Part shown: in pieces, positions 1 to 8,784 of the stretch
Layout of the letters: each line of letters opens with the position of its first letter
How positions within the stretch are numbered: position 1 is the first letter of the stretch
Source: Pseudomonadota bacterium
GTDB taxonomy: Bacteria; Desulfobacterota; Desulfobacteria; Desulfobacterales; JBDRRP01
Assembly (NCBI GenBank): GCA_043825735.1
Contig: JBDRRP010000040.1
Span: 62,001 to 126,000 of the forward strand
Length of the DNA stretch: 64,000 nt
Direction of reading: 5' to 3'
Notes under the pieces: model-generated
What the model was told of the DNA's origin: nothing
The model's database searches: none
Seen by the model: only the letters and a program-made list of their open reading frames with translations
Made by a program: the position numbers and the translations under genes

Positions 1-277
1 GGTGCGCCACTGCCGCGGTCAGTAGCGAGAACCCGTCCATGGATGTTTCCTGAAGACCGCAGCGCGTTTCGGCGGCGGCGTTGCAGGCGGACGCCGCTGC
101 GGTTTGCGCCGCCGGGTGGTGCATGGCGTTAGCCGGCGGGGCGCAACAGGCTCCGGTGCATCCCTGGCCCGCCCACGCCGTTCGGAAAACGCCCGACATC
201 GCCATCGCCACGGTGCAAACGATGACGATGGTGTTGAAACGGACTGCAGCGCTGTGGCCTCGATTGAACATGGACAT
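1..277 (-). CDS. N-terminal part of a small Cys/His-rich, probably exported protein (runs off window edge)
   Basis: Not in ORF track. ATG at 277, frame open to base 1: MSMFNRG...IVIVCTVAMAMSGVFRTAWAGQGCTGACCAPPANAMHHP...; hydrophobic stretch then AWA and Cys clusters. Confidence 0.45.
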   Translation of the reverse strand, partial: MSMFNRGHSAAVRFNTIVIVCTVAMAMSGVFRTAWAGQGCTGACCAPPANAMHHPAAQTAAASACNAAAETRCGLQETSMDGFSLLTAAVAH

Positions 278-467
278 ACTGCTAATGGCAACCGGCCCTC
301 TTGTCAATAGAATTAATCATAGCGCTTCGATATGTTATAGGGCGTCCGGGTTTGCGCGGTACAGTGGGGGCCGCCCCGGTCTTTACAATGGCCCGGGCAA
401 CCCTTATATTGCCCCCGTTCCAGCGAAATATTCACCCCCATTAACCCCAAGAAAGGATCTGTGCGCG

Positions 468-944
468 ATGTCTTACGATTTTACAGCTGACGACGTGTTT
501 GAAATGGCCGGTCAACTCGAAAGAAACGGTGCCGCATTTTATCGTGGGGCCGCCGGGAAGGTCGCGGGCGATCCATCGGCGCAGAAACTGCTGCTCGGGC
601 TTGCAAAAATGGAAGACGAGCACGAGAAAACCTTTGCCGAGTTGAGGGCCTCACTTGCCGGTGGAGACAAAGCACAAACGGTTTTCGACCCGGACGGGGA
701 CGCCGTGAACTATCTGAAAGCCTTGGCTGATACCCGGGTATTTTTTGAGAAGACCGTAAATACCTCATCCATGAGAGAAATTCTCAAGGCGGCGATCGAG
801 GCGGAAAAAGACTCAATCGTGTTTTATCTGGGGATGAAGGAGGCGGTGCCTGAGAAATACGGTAAAAATCGCCTGGAAGCTATTATCAAGGAAGAGATGG
901 GCCACATCCGATTGTTGAGCAAGGAATTGATGGCGCTGAAGTAA
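468..944 (+). CDS. Rubrerythrin/ferritin-like di-iron protein
   Basis: ERNGAAFY, EDEHEK, EKDSIVFY, EEMGH motifs; AAAGGA upstream of ATG 468. Confidence 0.85.
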   Translation: MSYDFTADDVFEMAGQLERNGAAFYRGAAGKVAGDPSAQKLLLGLAKMEDEHEKTFAELRASLAGGDKAQTVFDPDGDAVNYLKALADTRVFFEKTVNTSSMREILKAAIEAEKDSIVFYLGMKEAVPEKYGKNRLEAIIKEEMGHIRLLSKELMALK

Positions 945-979
945 TTCCTGTCCTCCCTCATCCTTCCTGCCTGACGCGT

Positions 980-1020
980 CCCGTGCCGCCCCTTGAGCTT
1001 CGGCCGGCACGGGTGCTTTT
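980..1020 (+). terminator. Probable intrinsic terminator
   Basis: cccgtgccg...cggcacggg stem followed by tgctttt. Confidence 0.5.
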
Positions 1021-1088
1021 CCTGTGATTGCAGAGGGTTTTCGGATCTATCGGTAAACCCCCATCTGCTTGTGCACTATTCTCAGGTT

Positions 1089-1192
1089 GACGTTACCCGC
1101 AGCCCTGCGTGTGAACCACGAAGTGAACGAAGAAAAATAAATAACGAGAGGGTTAGAACGCCTTCGTGTCCTTCGTGAACTTCGTGGTGATC
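1089..1192. repeat. Palindromic CACGAAG-type intergenic repeat, copy 1
   Basis: aaccacgaag...cttcgtggt arms; 1161-1192 identical over 32 nt to 63388-63419. Confidence 0.85.
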
Positions 1193-1210
1193 AAAACCAT
1201 CGGCGCCGGC

Positions 1211-1915
1211 TCACAATCCCTCGAATTTGCCCGACATGGCGAGCGTTTCGAGGCCTTCAGGGTCCAGCAGTTTGATCTGGCGGCGGTCACCGAGGATGAG
1301 ATCGGCGGCGGCCATGCGGGTCAGGATCCGCGAAAGGGTTTCGGGAATGGTTCCTATCAGGCTGGCCAGCTGGCTTTTGGAGATGGGCAAGGTCACCGTC
1401 TCTCGTTTCTCCTTGCCGGACAGCAGCAGCAGGTAGGACGCCAGGCGCGCCGGGACCTCTTTGAGCGAGAGGTTTTCCACCTGGACAGTGAACTGCCGCA
1501 GCCTGCGTGAGAGCACCGCGAGCATGTTCAGGGCCAGCGTTGGGTTCTCGGCGATCAGGCGCACGAAATCCGCTTTTGGAAAAAATGCCGCCCGGCTGGC
1601 GGCCAGTGCTTCAGCGCTGGCCGGGTAGGGTTTCCCTGAAAACACGGGGACTTCCCCGACCGGTTCACCCGGGCCGAAGATGTGAAGGATTTGCTCTTTT
1701 CCTTCCGCTGACAGTTTGAATACTTTGATCTGGCCGGTGATCATCACATAGAAACCGATCCCGTCATCTCCCTCGGAAAAGAGCGTTTCTCCTTTGGCAT
1801 AGGCGCGTGTGACGGCAATCTGCCGGACGGCATCCACCTGCTCCGGCGGCAGGCCCTCGAACAGGGCCGAGGCGGCGAGCGCGTCGGCCAGGTTTTTTGT
1901 TCTTTTGTTTTGCAT
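1211..1915 (-). CDS. hcpR: Crp/Fnr-family regulator, HcpR-like
   Basis: cNMP-binding-like domain, C-terminal HTH (SQLASLIGTIPETLSRIL), divergent from hcp. Confidence 0.85.
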   Translation of the reverse strand: MQNKRTKNLADALAASALFEGLPPEQVDAVRQIAVTRAYAKGETLFSEGDDGIGFYVMITGQIKVFKLSAEGKEQILHIFGPGEPVGEVPVFSGKPYPASAEALAASRAAFFPKADFVRLIAENPTLALNMLAVLSRRLRQFTVQVENLSLKEVPARLASYLLLLSGKEKRETVTLPISKSQLASLIGTIPETLSRILTRMAAADLILGDRRQIKLLDPEGLETLAMSGKFEGL

Positions 1916-1917
1916 GA

Positions 1918-2040
1918 TCCTCCAATGGGTCTCTTGCCACAGTGAAGTTGAACCACGGAGTCAAGGAGGACACGGAGTTTTTATTATTAAAATCATCTGC
2001 TTTTGATTTTCTCCGTGTTCTCCGTGACTCTGTGGTGATA
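1918..2040. repeat. Palindromic CACGGAG-type repeat with CCAGTGGGTCTCTTGCCACAGTGA-type end
   Basis: aaccacggagtcaaggaggacacggag / ctccgtgttctccgtgactctgtggtg arms; end motif related to 16560-16600, 50521-50562, 61440-61470. Confidence 0.8.
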
Positions 2041-2064
2041 ATTTTTTCAAATTATCCCTTCCGC

Positions 2065-2078
2065 TTGATCTAAGTCAA
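2065..2078 (+). promoter_or_regulatory. Fnr/HcpR-type binding site upstream of hcp
   Basis: TTGAT-CTAA-GTCAA, one mismatch to TTGAT-N4-ATCAA. Confidence 0.75.
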
Positions 2079-2182
2079 GGCGGCGACGGCAGTCTCAAGG
2101 TTATATTGCCACCATCACGGGCGGGATGCGTCTTGCCCGCAAGACGGAAATGACACCCCTACACCCCCAAAGGAGGCACCAT

Positions 2183-3796
2183 ATGTTCTGTTTTCAGTGT
2201 GAGCAAACGGCAAAAGGCGAAGGATGCACCAAGATCGGCGTCTGCGGCAAGCAGCCCGAGGTGGCGGCCCTTCAGGATCTGCTTCTATACACGGTAAAGG
2301 GCCTATCCCAGTTGGCCGTGGCTGCCCGTGCGAAAGGCAAAGCGGTGGGAGGGGGCGTAAACCAGTTTACCTGCGAAGCGGTCTTTTCCACCCTGACCAA
2401 TGTTGATTTCGACCCGCAGCGGTTTGTCACCCTCATCCGCCAGGCGGCCTCCCATCGGGATGCCCTGAAGGCCGTTGTCGGCGCAGCACCCAAGGGGCCG
2501 GCCTCTTTCGTGCCGGCGGATACCCTCGAAGGTCTGGTCAAGCAGGGTGAGGGCGTCGGCATCAAGTCCGATCCTTCCGTCAACGAAGACATCCTGTCGC
2601 TGAAGGAGCTTTTAACCTACGGCATCAAGGGGCTGGCCGCTTACGCCGATCACGCCCGCATTCTCGGTCAGGAAGATGAGGCGGTATATGCCTTCATCCA
2701 CGAAGCACTGGCCGCCACGCTGGATGCCGGACTCGGTGTGGACGCGCTGGTGGGACTGAACCTGCGCTGCGGAGAAGTCAACCTGCGTGCCATGGAACTG
2801 TTGGATGCCGGCAATACGGGTACCTACGGGCACCCGGTACCCACTTCGGTGCCGCTTGGCGCCAAGAAGGGTAAAGCGATCCTGGTCTCCGGACACGATC
2901 TGAAGGATCTGGAGGAGATCCTCAAGCAAAGCCGGGGCAAGGGGATCAATGTCTACACGCACGGGGAAATGCTGCCATGCCACGGTTATCCCGAGCTCAA
3001 GAAATATGATCACTTCCACGGCCACTACGGCACGGCCTGGCAGAATCAGGCCAAGGAATTCGACGCCTTTCCCGGGGCCATTCTAATGACCACCAACTGC
3101 ATCCAGAAACCGCGTGACAGCTACAAGCCCAACATCTTCACCACGGGCCTGGTGGGCTGGCCGGGCGTGGCCCATATCGCCGGTAAGGATTTTACGCCAG
3201 TCATCGAAAAGGCCCTTGCACTTCCGGGGTTCGCCGCTGACACGGATAAGGGCAGCGTCATGGTCGGTTTTGCCCGCAATGCCGTCATGGGGGTGGCCGG
3301 AACGGTCATCGCGGCGGTCAAAAGCAAAGCCATCCGTCACTTCTTCCTGGTGGGCGGCTGTGACGGGGCCAAACCGGGGCGCGACTACTACACGGAACTG
3401 GTGGAAAAAATCCCCGCCGACTGCGTCATTCTTACGCTTGCCTGCGGCAAGTTCCGTTTCTTTGACAAGCAACTGGGCGACATCGGTGGCATACCGCGTC
3501 TTCTGGACGTAGGCCAGTGCAACGACGCCTACTCGGCCATCAAGATTGCCGTGGCCCTGGCCGAAGCCTTCGACTGCGGCGTCAACGACCTGCCGCTGTC
3601 CATGATTTTGTCCTGGTACGAGCAGAAAGCGTGCGTCATCCTGCTGACCCTGCTTCACCTGGGCATCAAGGACATCCGTCTGGGGCCGTCACTGCCGGCG
3701 TTCATTTCGGGCAATGTGCTGGATGTGCTGGTCAAAAACTTCAATATCATGCCGATCGGGACGCCGGACGAAGATCTGAAGGCGATACTCGGATAA
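2183..3796 (+). CDS. hcp: Hybrid cluster protein (hydroxylamine/NO reductase)
   Basis: MFCFQCEQT..GCT..GVCGK start, SGHDL, THGEM, GGCDG, GQCND, SWYEQKA; AGGAGG before ATG 2183. Confidence 0.97.
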   Translation: MFCFQCEQTAKGEGCTKIGVCGKQPEVAALQDLLLYTVKGLSQLAVAARAKGKAVGGGVNQFTCEAVFSTLTNVDFDPQRFVTLIRQAASHRDALKAVVGAAPKGPASFVPADTLEGLVKQGEGVGIKSDPSVNEDILSLKELLTYGIKGLAAYADHARILGQEDEAVYAFIHEALAATLDAGLGVDALVGLNLRCGEVNLRAMELLDAGNTGTYGHPVPTSVPLGAKKGKAILVSGHDLKDLEEILKQSRGKGINVYTHGEMLPCHGYPELKKYDHFHGHYGTAWQNQAKEFDAFPGAILMTTNCIQKPRDSYKPNIFTTGLVGWPGVAHIAGKDFTPVIEKALALPGFAADTDKGSVMVGFARNAVMGVAGTVIAAVKSKAIRHFFLVGGCDGAKPGRDYYTELVEKIPADCVILTLACGKFRFFDKQLGDIGGIPRLLDVGQCNDAYSAIKIAVALAEAFDCGVNDLPLSMILSWYEQKACVILLTLLHLGIKDIRLGPSLPAFISGNVLDVLVKNFNIMPIGTPDEDLKAILG

Positions 3797-3867
3797 TGCA
3801 GGCGCCTGGCTGCGGGGGGCCTGAGGAACGGCCCCCGGCAACCCGTCTCAACACCGGAGATAGACTC

Positions 3868-4593
3868 ATGAAATGCCCCGGACAAGACACGCAATACTGG
3901 AAGGCGGGCGCCATATTTACGGCGCCCTGCCCCAAATGCGCTGCAGCCGTCGAGTTCTTTAAGGATGACACAACGCGTAAATGCGGCAGTTGCGGCCATC
4001 GTTTTCTCAATCCGAAAATGGATTTCGGCTGTGCGTCCTACTGCCAGTACGCCGAACAGTGCATCGGGGATCTTCCCCCGGAACTGCTGGCTCAGAAAGA
4101 AGATCTGCTCAAGGACCGGGTGGCCATCGAGATGAAGCGGCATTTCAAAACCGATTTCAAAAAGATTGGCCGTGCTTCCCGGGCGGCCCGGTATGCCGAA
4201 CGCATCGGGCGAGAGCTCGGCGGCAATCTTGCGGTGATCATACCGGCCGCCTATCTGCTGCACGTTGCCGACGCGGCCGCAGGAACCAACGGTGAATCGG
4301 TGGCTCGGGACATCCTCCAGCGGCTCGGCGCCCGCGCCCCGCTGGTGGATGCTGCCTGCGACATCGTGGACGCTTATCGACCCACGCACGACGGCACCGA
4401 GGTTAGCGCCGAGTACTTGGCCGTTTTCGATGCCGAGCGGATCGTCGATCTGGAAGAAGCCATTAAGGAGAACACCGCCGGAGCCTTTGAAGCACTGTCG
4501 GCCCTCATCACCAACACCCTGCTCACTGACGCCGGCCGCATCGAGGCCCATTCAGTGCTGTTGCCCCATCGGATCCAGAGGAGAGAAGTATGA
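3868..4593 (+). CDS. Cys-rich (Zn-ribbon) N-terminus plus degenerate HD-like domain
   Basis: MKCPGQD, CPKC, CGSCG, CASYCQYAEQC; AAYLLHV in place of LHD; GGAGA before ATG 3868. Confidence 0.7.
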   Translation: MKCPGQDTQYWKAGAIFTAPCPKCAAAVEFFKDDTTRKCGSCGHRFLNPKMDFGCASYCQYAEQCIGDLPPELLAQKEDLLKDRVAIEMKRHFKTDFKKIGRASRAARYAERIGRELGGNLAVIIPAAYLLHVADAAAGTNGESVARDILQRLGARAPLVDAACDIVDAYRPTHDGTEVSAEYLAVFDAERIVDLEEAIKENTAGAFEALSALITNTLLTDAGRIEAHSVLLPHRIQRREV

Positions 4594-5360
4594 AAGTAAA
4601 ACGAAAGATCATTCAGATTGATGAAGAAAAGTGCGACGGCTGCGGTCTGTGTGTACCATCGTGCGCCGAGGGATCACTGAAGATCGTCGACGGCAAGGCC
4701 AGGGTCATTGCCGACCATTTGTGCGACGGGCTCGGCGCCTGCCTGGGAGAGTGCCCCAACGGCGCCCTGACCATCATCGAGCGGGAGGCAGAAGAATTTG
4801 ATGAAAACGCAGTGGAGGCGCATCTGGCAACCCATGCGGCTCCCAATGGCGCTAAAACCCACGGGCATGACCATCATGCCGGCCACGGGTGCCCGTCGGC
4901 GCGGCTGCAGGTGTTTCAACCGGCCGCGGATCCATGCCAGTGTGCCAATTCGCCGGCCCGACAGGCGGGAGGCGGCGAATCCGCCCTTCGGCACTGGCCT
5001 GTGCAGATCCGTCTCATTCCACCGACGGCGCCGTTTCTGAAAGGCGCAGACCTTCTGGTGGTGGCCGACTGCGTCCCGATTGCATTTCCTCATCTCCACC
5101 AGACCTATCTGCAGGGGAAGGTGGTGATGGTGGGGTGCCCAAAATTTGACGATGCCGAGCAGTATCTGGAAAAATTTGCCGAAATCTTTTCAACCGCCGG
5201 CCTCAGACGCATCACCACTCTCATGATGGAGGTCCCCTGCTGCTCAGGCTTGTCCGCTATTGTTCGCAAGGCGCTGGCGCGCTCCGGCCAGTCCATCCCA
5301 TTGGAGGAAGTCACCATCAGCACCCGGGGTGACGTAATCAGCCACGATACCTTTAATTGA
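4590..5360 (+). CDS. 4Fe-4S dicluster protein (hcp-associated ferredoxin-like)
   Basis: CDGCGLCVPSC, CDGLGACLGECP, GCP, HWPVQ, ADC, GCPK, MEVPCC; ATGA overlap with upstream gene. Confidence 0.85.
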   Translation: MKVKRKIIQIDEEKCDGCGLCVPSCAEGSLKIVDGKARVIADHLCDGLGACLGECPNGALTIIEREAEEFDENAVEAHLATHAAPNGAKTHGHDHHAGHGCPSARLQVFQPAADPCQCANSPARQAGGGESALRHWPVQIRLIPPTAPFLKGADLLVVADCVPIAFPHLHQTYLQGKVVMVGCPKFDDAEQYLEKFAEIFSTAGLRRITTLMMEVPCCSGLSAIVRKALARSGQSIPLEEVTISTRGDVISHDTFN

Positions 5361-5497
5361 CCACATCCTTTTGACAGGGTGGCGGCCGTTGCGTTATGGT
5401 GCCTTATTCTTGCGCCGATTGGGTTGAGACCGACTGCCGGACCATGTCAGGCGCCCGGAACGGCGATGTCTATGTTGTCATTTCAAGGATCGGCGGA

Positions 5498-6259
5498 TTG
5501 GATAAACTCACCGACAAGCAGTTCCGTGCATTTTGTGAATTGGTCTATCGGGAAGCGGGGATCAATCTCACTTCTGAAAAGCGCGAGCTGCTCAATGCGC
5601 GTCTTGCCAAGCGGTTGCGGGTCATGGATAACATGTCCGCCGGCGATTACCTGGATACGATCCAGCGCGACAGCGATGAGCTTCTAAGATTTCTCGATGC
5701 CATCTCCACAAACCACACCTTCTTCTTCAGGGAATCCAAAAGTTTTTCATACCTGAACTCGGAAATGCCCAATATCTGGTGCGCGGCATCGTCCAGCGGG
5801 GAAGAGCCCTATTCCCTGGCCACGTTCTGCCTTGAGCAGGGGTTCACGCCGTCCATATTTGCCACTGATATATCCCAGACCTGTCTGGACAAAGGGCGCC
5901 GGGCCATTTACCCGCGCCAGGCTGCGGCAAACATCCCCCGGAACATGCTCAAGGCATTTTTTCAAAAGGGCAGAGGGCAATGGGAAGATTACATCCGGGT
6001 CAAGGACAGCGTGCGCCGTCTCGTTCACTTTGACCGTTTCAATCTGCTCAAAGATGCGCCGCCTTCCCATTTATACGACATCATCTTTTGCCGCAATGTG
6101 ATGATCTATTTCGACAACCCCACCAAAGAAACAGTGGTCGCCAAGCTCTGCCGCGCACTGCGCACCGGGGGGTACTTCATCATCGGCGGCGCCGAGAGCC
6201 TTAGCGGGCTCAACCACCCCCTCAAATATATCGAGCCCAGTGTCTACGAGAAGAAATAG
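5498..6259 (+). CDS. cheR: Protein-glutamate O-methyltransferase CheR (start uncertain; TTG 5498 chosen)
   Basis: STNHTFFFRE, IWCAASSSGEEPYS, DIIFCRNVMIYF. Confidence 0.9.
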   Translation: MDKLTDKQFRAFCELVYREAGINLTSEKRELLNARLAKRLRVMDNMSAGDYLDTIQRDSDELLRFLDAISTNHTFFFRESKSFSYLNSEMPNIWCAASSSGEEPYSLATFCLEQGFTPSIFATDISQTCLDKGRRAIYPRQAAANIPRNMLKAFFQKGRGQWEDYIRVKDSVRRLVHFDRFNLLKDAPPSHLYDIIFCRNVMIYFDNPTKETVVAKLCRALRTGGYFIIGGAESLSGLNHPLKYIEPSVYEKK

Positions 6260-6268
6260 GTCGCGGTG

Positions 6269-7078
6269 TCAGCTCTCCGGCGCCGCTTTACCAGCGGCGC
6301 TCAGCTGTGTCAGGTCCTCGGGTGTGAGCAGTTCTCCGAAGCGTTGCCCTCCGGTGCTTCTGGCCTTGTACAGCGCAATACAGGCCTTTACGACGGCCAC
6401 GGTCTGCTCGGCAGTGTAAATGCCGGGCAATTCGCGGGCCAGCCGCGGGTGACGCCCCAGCTTGCCACCGACCTGAATCCGGTATCCGCTGGCGCCGACA
6501 GCGAGCGAACCGGTGGGGCACGCTGCCATACAGCCGCCGCAGGCCATGCAGCGCACCGGATCGATAACGGGTACCGCGTCCTTAAGAGTGACGGCATCTT
6601 CCCGACACGATGACAGGCAGGCTCCGCAGTCGCTGCAGGGGATCTCCGTGATAACGGGATGCGCCGCACCGATGATACCGATATCTTTGATCTGCGGCTG
6701 AGAGCAGGCATTGGGGCAATCGGCCAGGGAAATCCGGAATTCATGGTGAAACTTCAGCGGCCCGGCCACGGTCTGTTTGAGAAAACCCAGCAGATCCGCT
6801 TCGCGGCAGACAGTCTCAATGGCTGCGCTGAGCGCAGCGCTGTCATTGACGGCGCGGTTGGGGCAGCCGGCCGGACCGAAGCATCCTTCCACCTGCCAGC
6901 CCCGCACTTCTTTTTCCATGGAAGACAGGTAGCGGGTCTGAGTCGCCGTGATGTCAGTCGGCGTGATGATCTGTTTGCCCTCCTGGGCAGCTTCTTTTTC
7001 GACCCGTGCCCGGACGCGCTTGCGGACGAAAAACGGCACTTTTTTTATGACTGCCTCGGCTTCATCCGTCCACTTCAT
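6269..7078 (-). CDS. Sulfite/nitrite-reductase-like protein with N-terminal PCP_red-like domain and 2x4Fe-4S
   Basis: WTDEAE..KKVPFFVR start; CFG..GCPN; CPNACSQPQIKD; CSDCGACLSSC; CMACGGCMAACP; GGKLGRHP. Confidence 0.8.
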   Translation of the reverse strand: MKWTDEAEAVIKKVPFFVRKRVRARVEKEAAQEGKQIITPTDITATQTRYLSSMEKEVRGWQVEGCFGPAGCPNRAVNDSAALSAAIETVCREADLLGFLKQTVAGPLKFHHEFRISLADCPNACSQPQIKDIGIIGAAHPVITEIPCSDCGACLSSCREDAVTLKDAVPVIDPVRCMACGGCMAACPTGSLAVGASGYRIQVGGKLGRHPRLARELPGIYTAEQTVAVVKACIALYKARSTGGQRFGELLTPEDLTQLSAAGKAAPES

Positions 7079-7109
7079 GTTTCGTCCTTGGTCCATATCA
7101 ACAATAAAT

Positions 7110-7152
7110 AAAAAAGAGCGGCAATGGGAATCTCCCGCGGCCGCTCTTTTTT
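7110..7152. terminator. Bidirectional-type terminator downstream of HU
   Basis: aaaaaagagcggc...gccgctctttttt. Confidence 0.7.
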
Positions 7153-7291
7153 CACTTTGCTTCATCCGTTCGGGCAGCGCCGTTGTGCACGCCCGGGGTG
7201 CATCGCCTAATGCGCTTCAACAAATCAGGTTTTCTGGGCTCACCGTCACCACCGGCAGGCGGCGATGGGTGATGGCAATGGACGAAACCGA

Positions 7292-7564
7292 TTAGATGGC
7301 GTCCTTGAGTTTTTTGCCCGGCCGGAATTTGACCACATTGGAGGCCTTGATCTTGATGCTCTCACCGGTCTGGGGATTGCGCCCCTTGCGGGCTTTTCGC
7401 TTCATTTTCTGAAACGTGCCGAAACCGACGAGGGTTACCTTGCCATCTTTCTTCTTCAGCGCCTTGGTCACATTGCCGATAAAAGAATCGAGGGCTGCCT
7501 GAGCGGCAACTTTGGTGATGCCTGCTTCCTCTGCCATTTTGTCAATCAGTTCTGCTTTTGTCAT
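7292..7564 (-). CDS. hup: DNA-binding protein HU
   Basis: MTKAELI...VTLVGFGTF...GRNPQTG...FRPGKKLKDAI; AGGAGG upstream. Confidence 0.95.
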   Translation of the reverse strand: MTKAELIDKMAEEAGITKVAAQAALDSFIGNVTKALKKKDGKVTLVGFGTFQKMKRKARKGRNPQTGESIKIKASNVVKFRPGKKLKDAI

Positions 7565-7789
7565 CTGTCTCCTCCTGGTAATTGTATTTTTGCCCGCCAT
7601 GTCCTCCCTAAATTACGGTTATTTTAAAGAATCGCAGGTGAATGTCAATAGCCAATACCCACAATTCAGCGTTCTATGAGCATATCTGCTTCGTGAGGGA
7701 CGTCAGACAGCCGTCTGATGGCCTCCGGATTTGTGAAATGCATTACAACCGGGCCGTTCTCTGTCCTCCGTTGCCGGGATTCCGCAGAA

Positions 7790-8245
7790 TTACCGGAATA
7801 AAAGTTGGATCTGATCGGTGGCGGTGAGCAGGGCTGCGTAGCGAAGTCCTTTGCCCAGACACATCCAGAAGAAGAATCGGCCAAATGGCATCCCCGCCAG
7901 ACCGGCGATCACTGTGAGCGGGTCTCCGATGACGGGCGCCCATGCCAAGATCATGGCCGGCGGGCCCCAACGGCTCACGATCCGCTGCGCTTTGTTGAAG
8001 GTGGGCAGATCCGCGGATGCGGCGTTCCGGTGAATGAACTGTTCTCCCAATTGGCCTGCACCGTAATTGACCACCGCCCCCAGACTGTTTCCGATCGTGG
8101 CTACGGCGAATATCCCCGCCTTGGAATAGCCGGCCACGACCATCGCCACCACCACGGATTCGGAACCCAGCGGAAGGATAGTGGCGGCAAGAAAGCTTGA
8201 TAGCAGCAGGCCGGCATAGGCGGCTGTCGAGACAGGGTCGATCAT
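7790..8245 (-). CDS. YqaA/DedA-family membrane protein
   Basis: SFLAATILPLGSE, GNSLG, WAPVIGDPLTVIAG, GKGLRY. Confidence 0.85.
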   Translation of the reverse strand: MIDPVSTAAYAGLLLSSFLAATILPLGSESVVVAMVVAGYSKAGIFAVATIGNSLGAVVNYGAGQLGEQFIHRNAASADLPTFNKAQRIVSRWGPPAMILAWAPVIGDPLTVIAGLAGMPFGRFFFWMCLGKGLRYAALLTATDQIQLLFR

Positions 8246-8520
8246 GGTCGGTGGTTTCCTTGCCGGTGGCGCAGCACCCTCGATCGCGGCCTTAGGCGGT
8301 ATTGCCGCCAATGCCAAGCGACAATGCCCACCTAACCATATCGGTGAATTGAACACAACCGGTCGACCTTTGTCGACGGCAACCGCGCACCCGTGTCGAT
8401 GCGGCGGCCGGTGGCCCCTGACCAAAGGCTCACCGCGTCCTCACCGGCGAATCATACGGCAGTGCGATCCTGAACAAATGTGCAGGCCGACATGTTGCCA
8501 CTACATATGGTATTCAAGAG

Positions 8521-8550
8521 TTGACAGGCGCTATATATCGTGTAAATATT
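8521..8550 (+). promoter_or_regulatory. Sigma70-like promoter
   Basis: Perfect TTGACA at 8521; TAAATATT begins 16 nt downstream. Confidence 0.55.
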
Positions 8551-8554
8551 GCGA

Positions 8555-8711
8555 TACGGTTTCGCCACCCGGGAGTGCCGAAAACGCGTGTGGTTGCGGT
8601 GATGGAAGACTGATGCACACCGTTGATCGCTTATGACTGATCTCCTTAATCGACTGATCGATTGTGTTTCGGATGAACCCCATGGGCCTGTTTGCCTCAT
8701 GGGGTTTTTTT
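8555..8711 (+). ncRNA. Candidate sRNA or attenuated leader upstream of phoH
   Basis: Promoter in front, hairpins inside, terminator at end, no convincing ORF. Confidence 0.4.
8676..8711 (+). terminator. Intrinsic terminator
   Basis: aaccccatgggc...cctcatggggtt followed by T run. Confidence 0.8.
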
Positions 8712-8784
8712 GTTTGTCTACTCCGGCACTATCCACGGGCCGGGCCACCCCAGATCATGGGACAACGGGCAGGTGAACTGACCT

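Noticed and set aside
8550..8640. Fluoride riboswitch
   Set aside because: GCGAT...TTCGCC resemblance only; pseudoknot partner and spacing do not fit and the downstream gene is atypical
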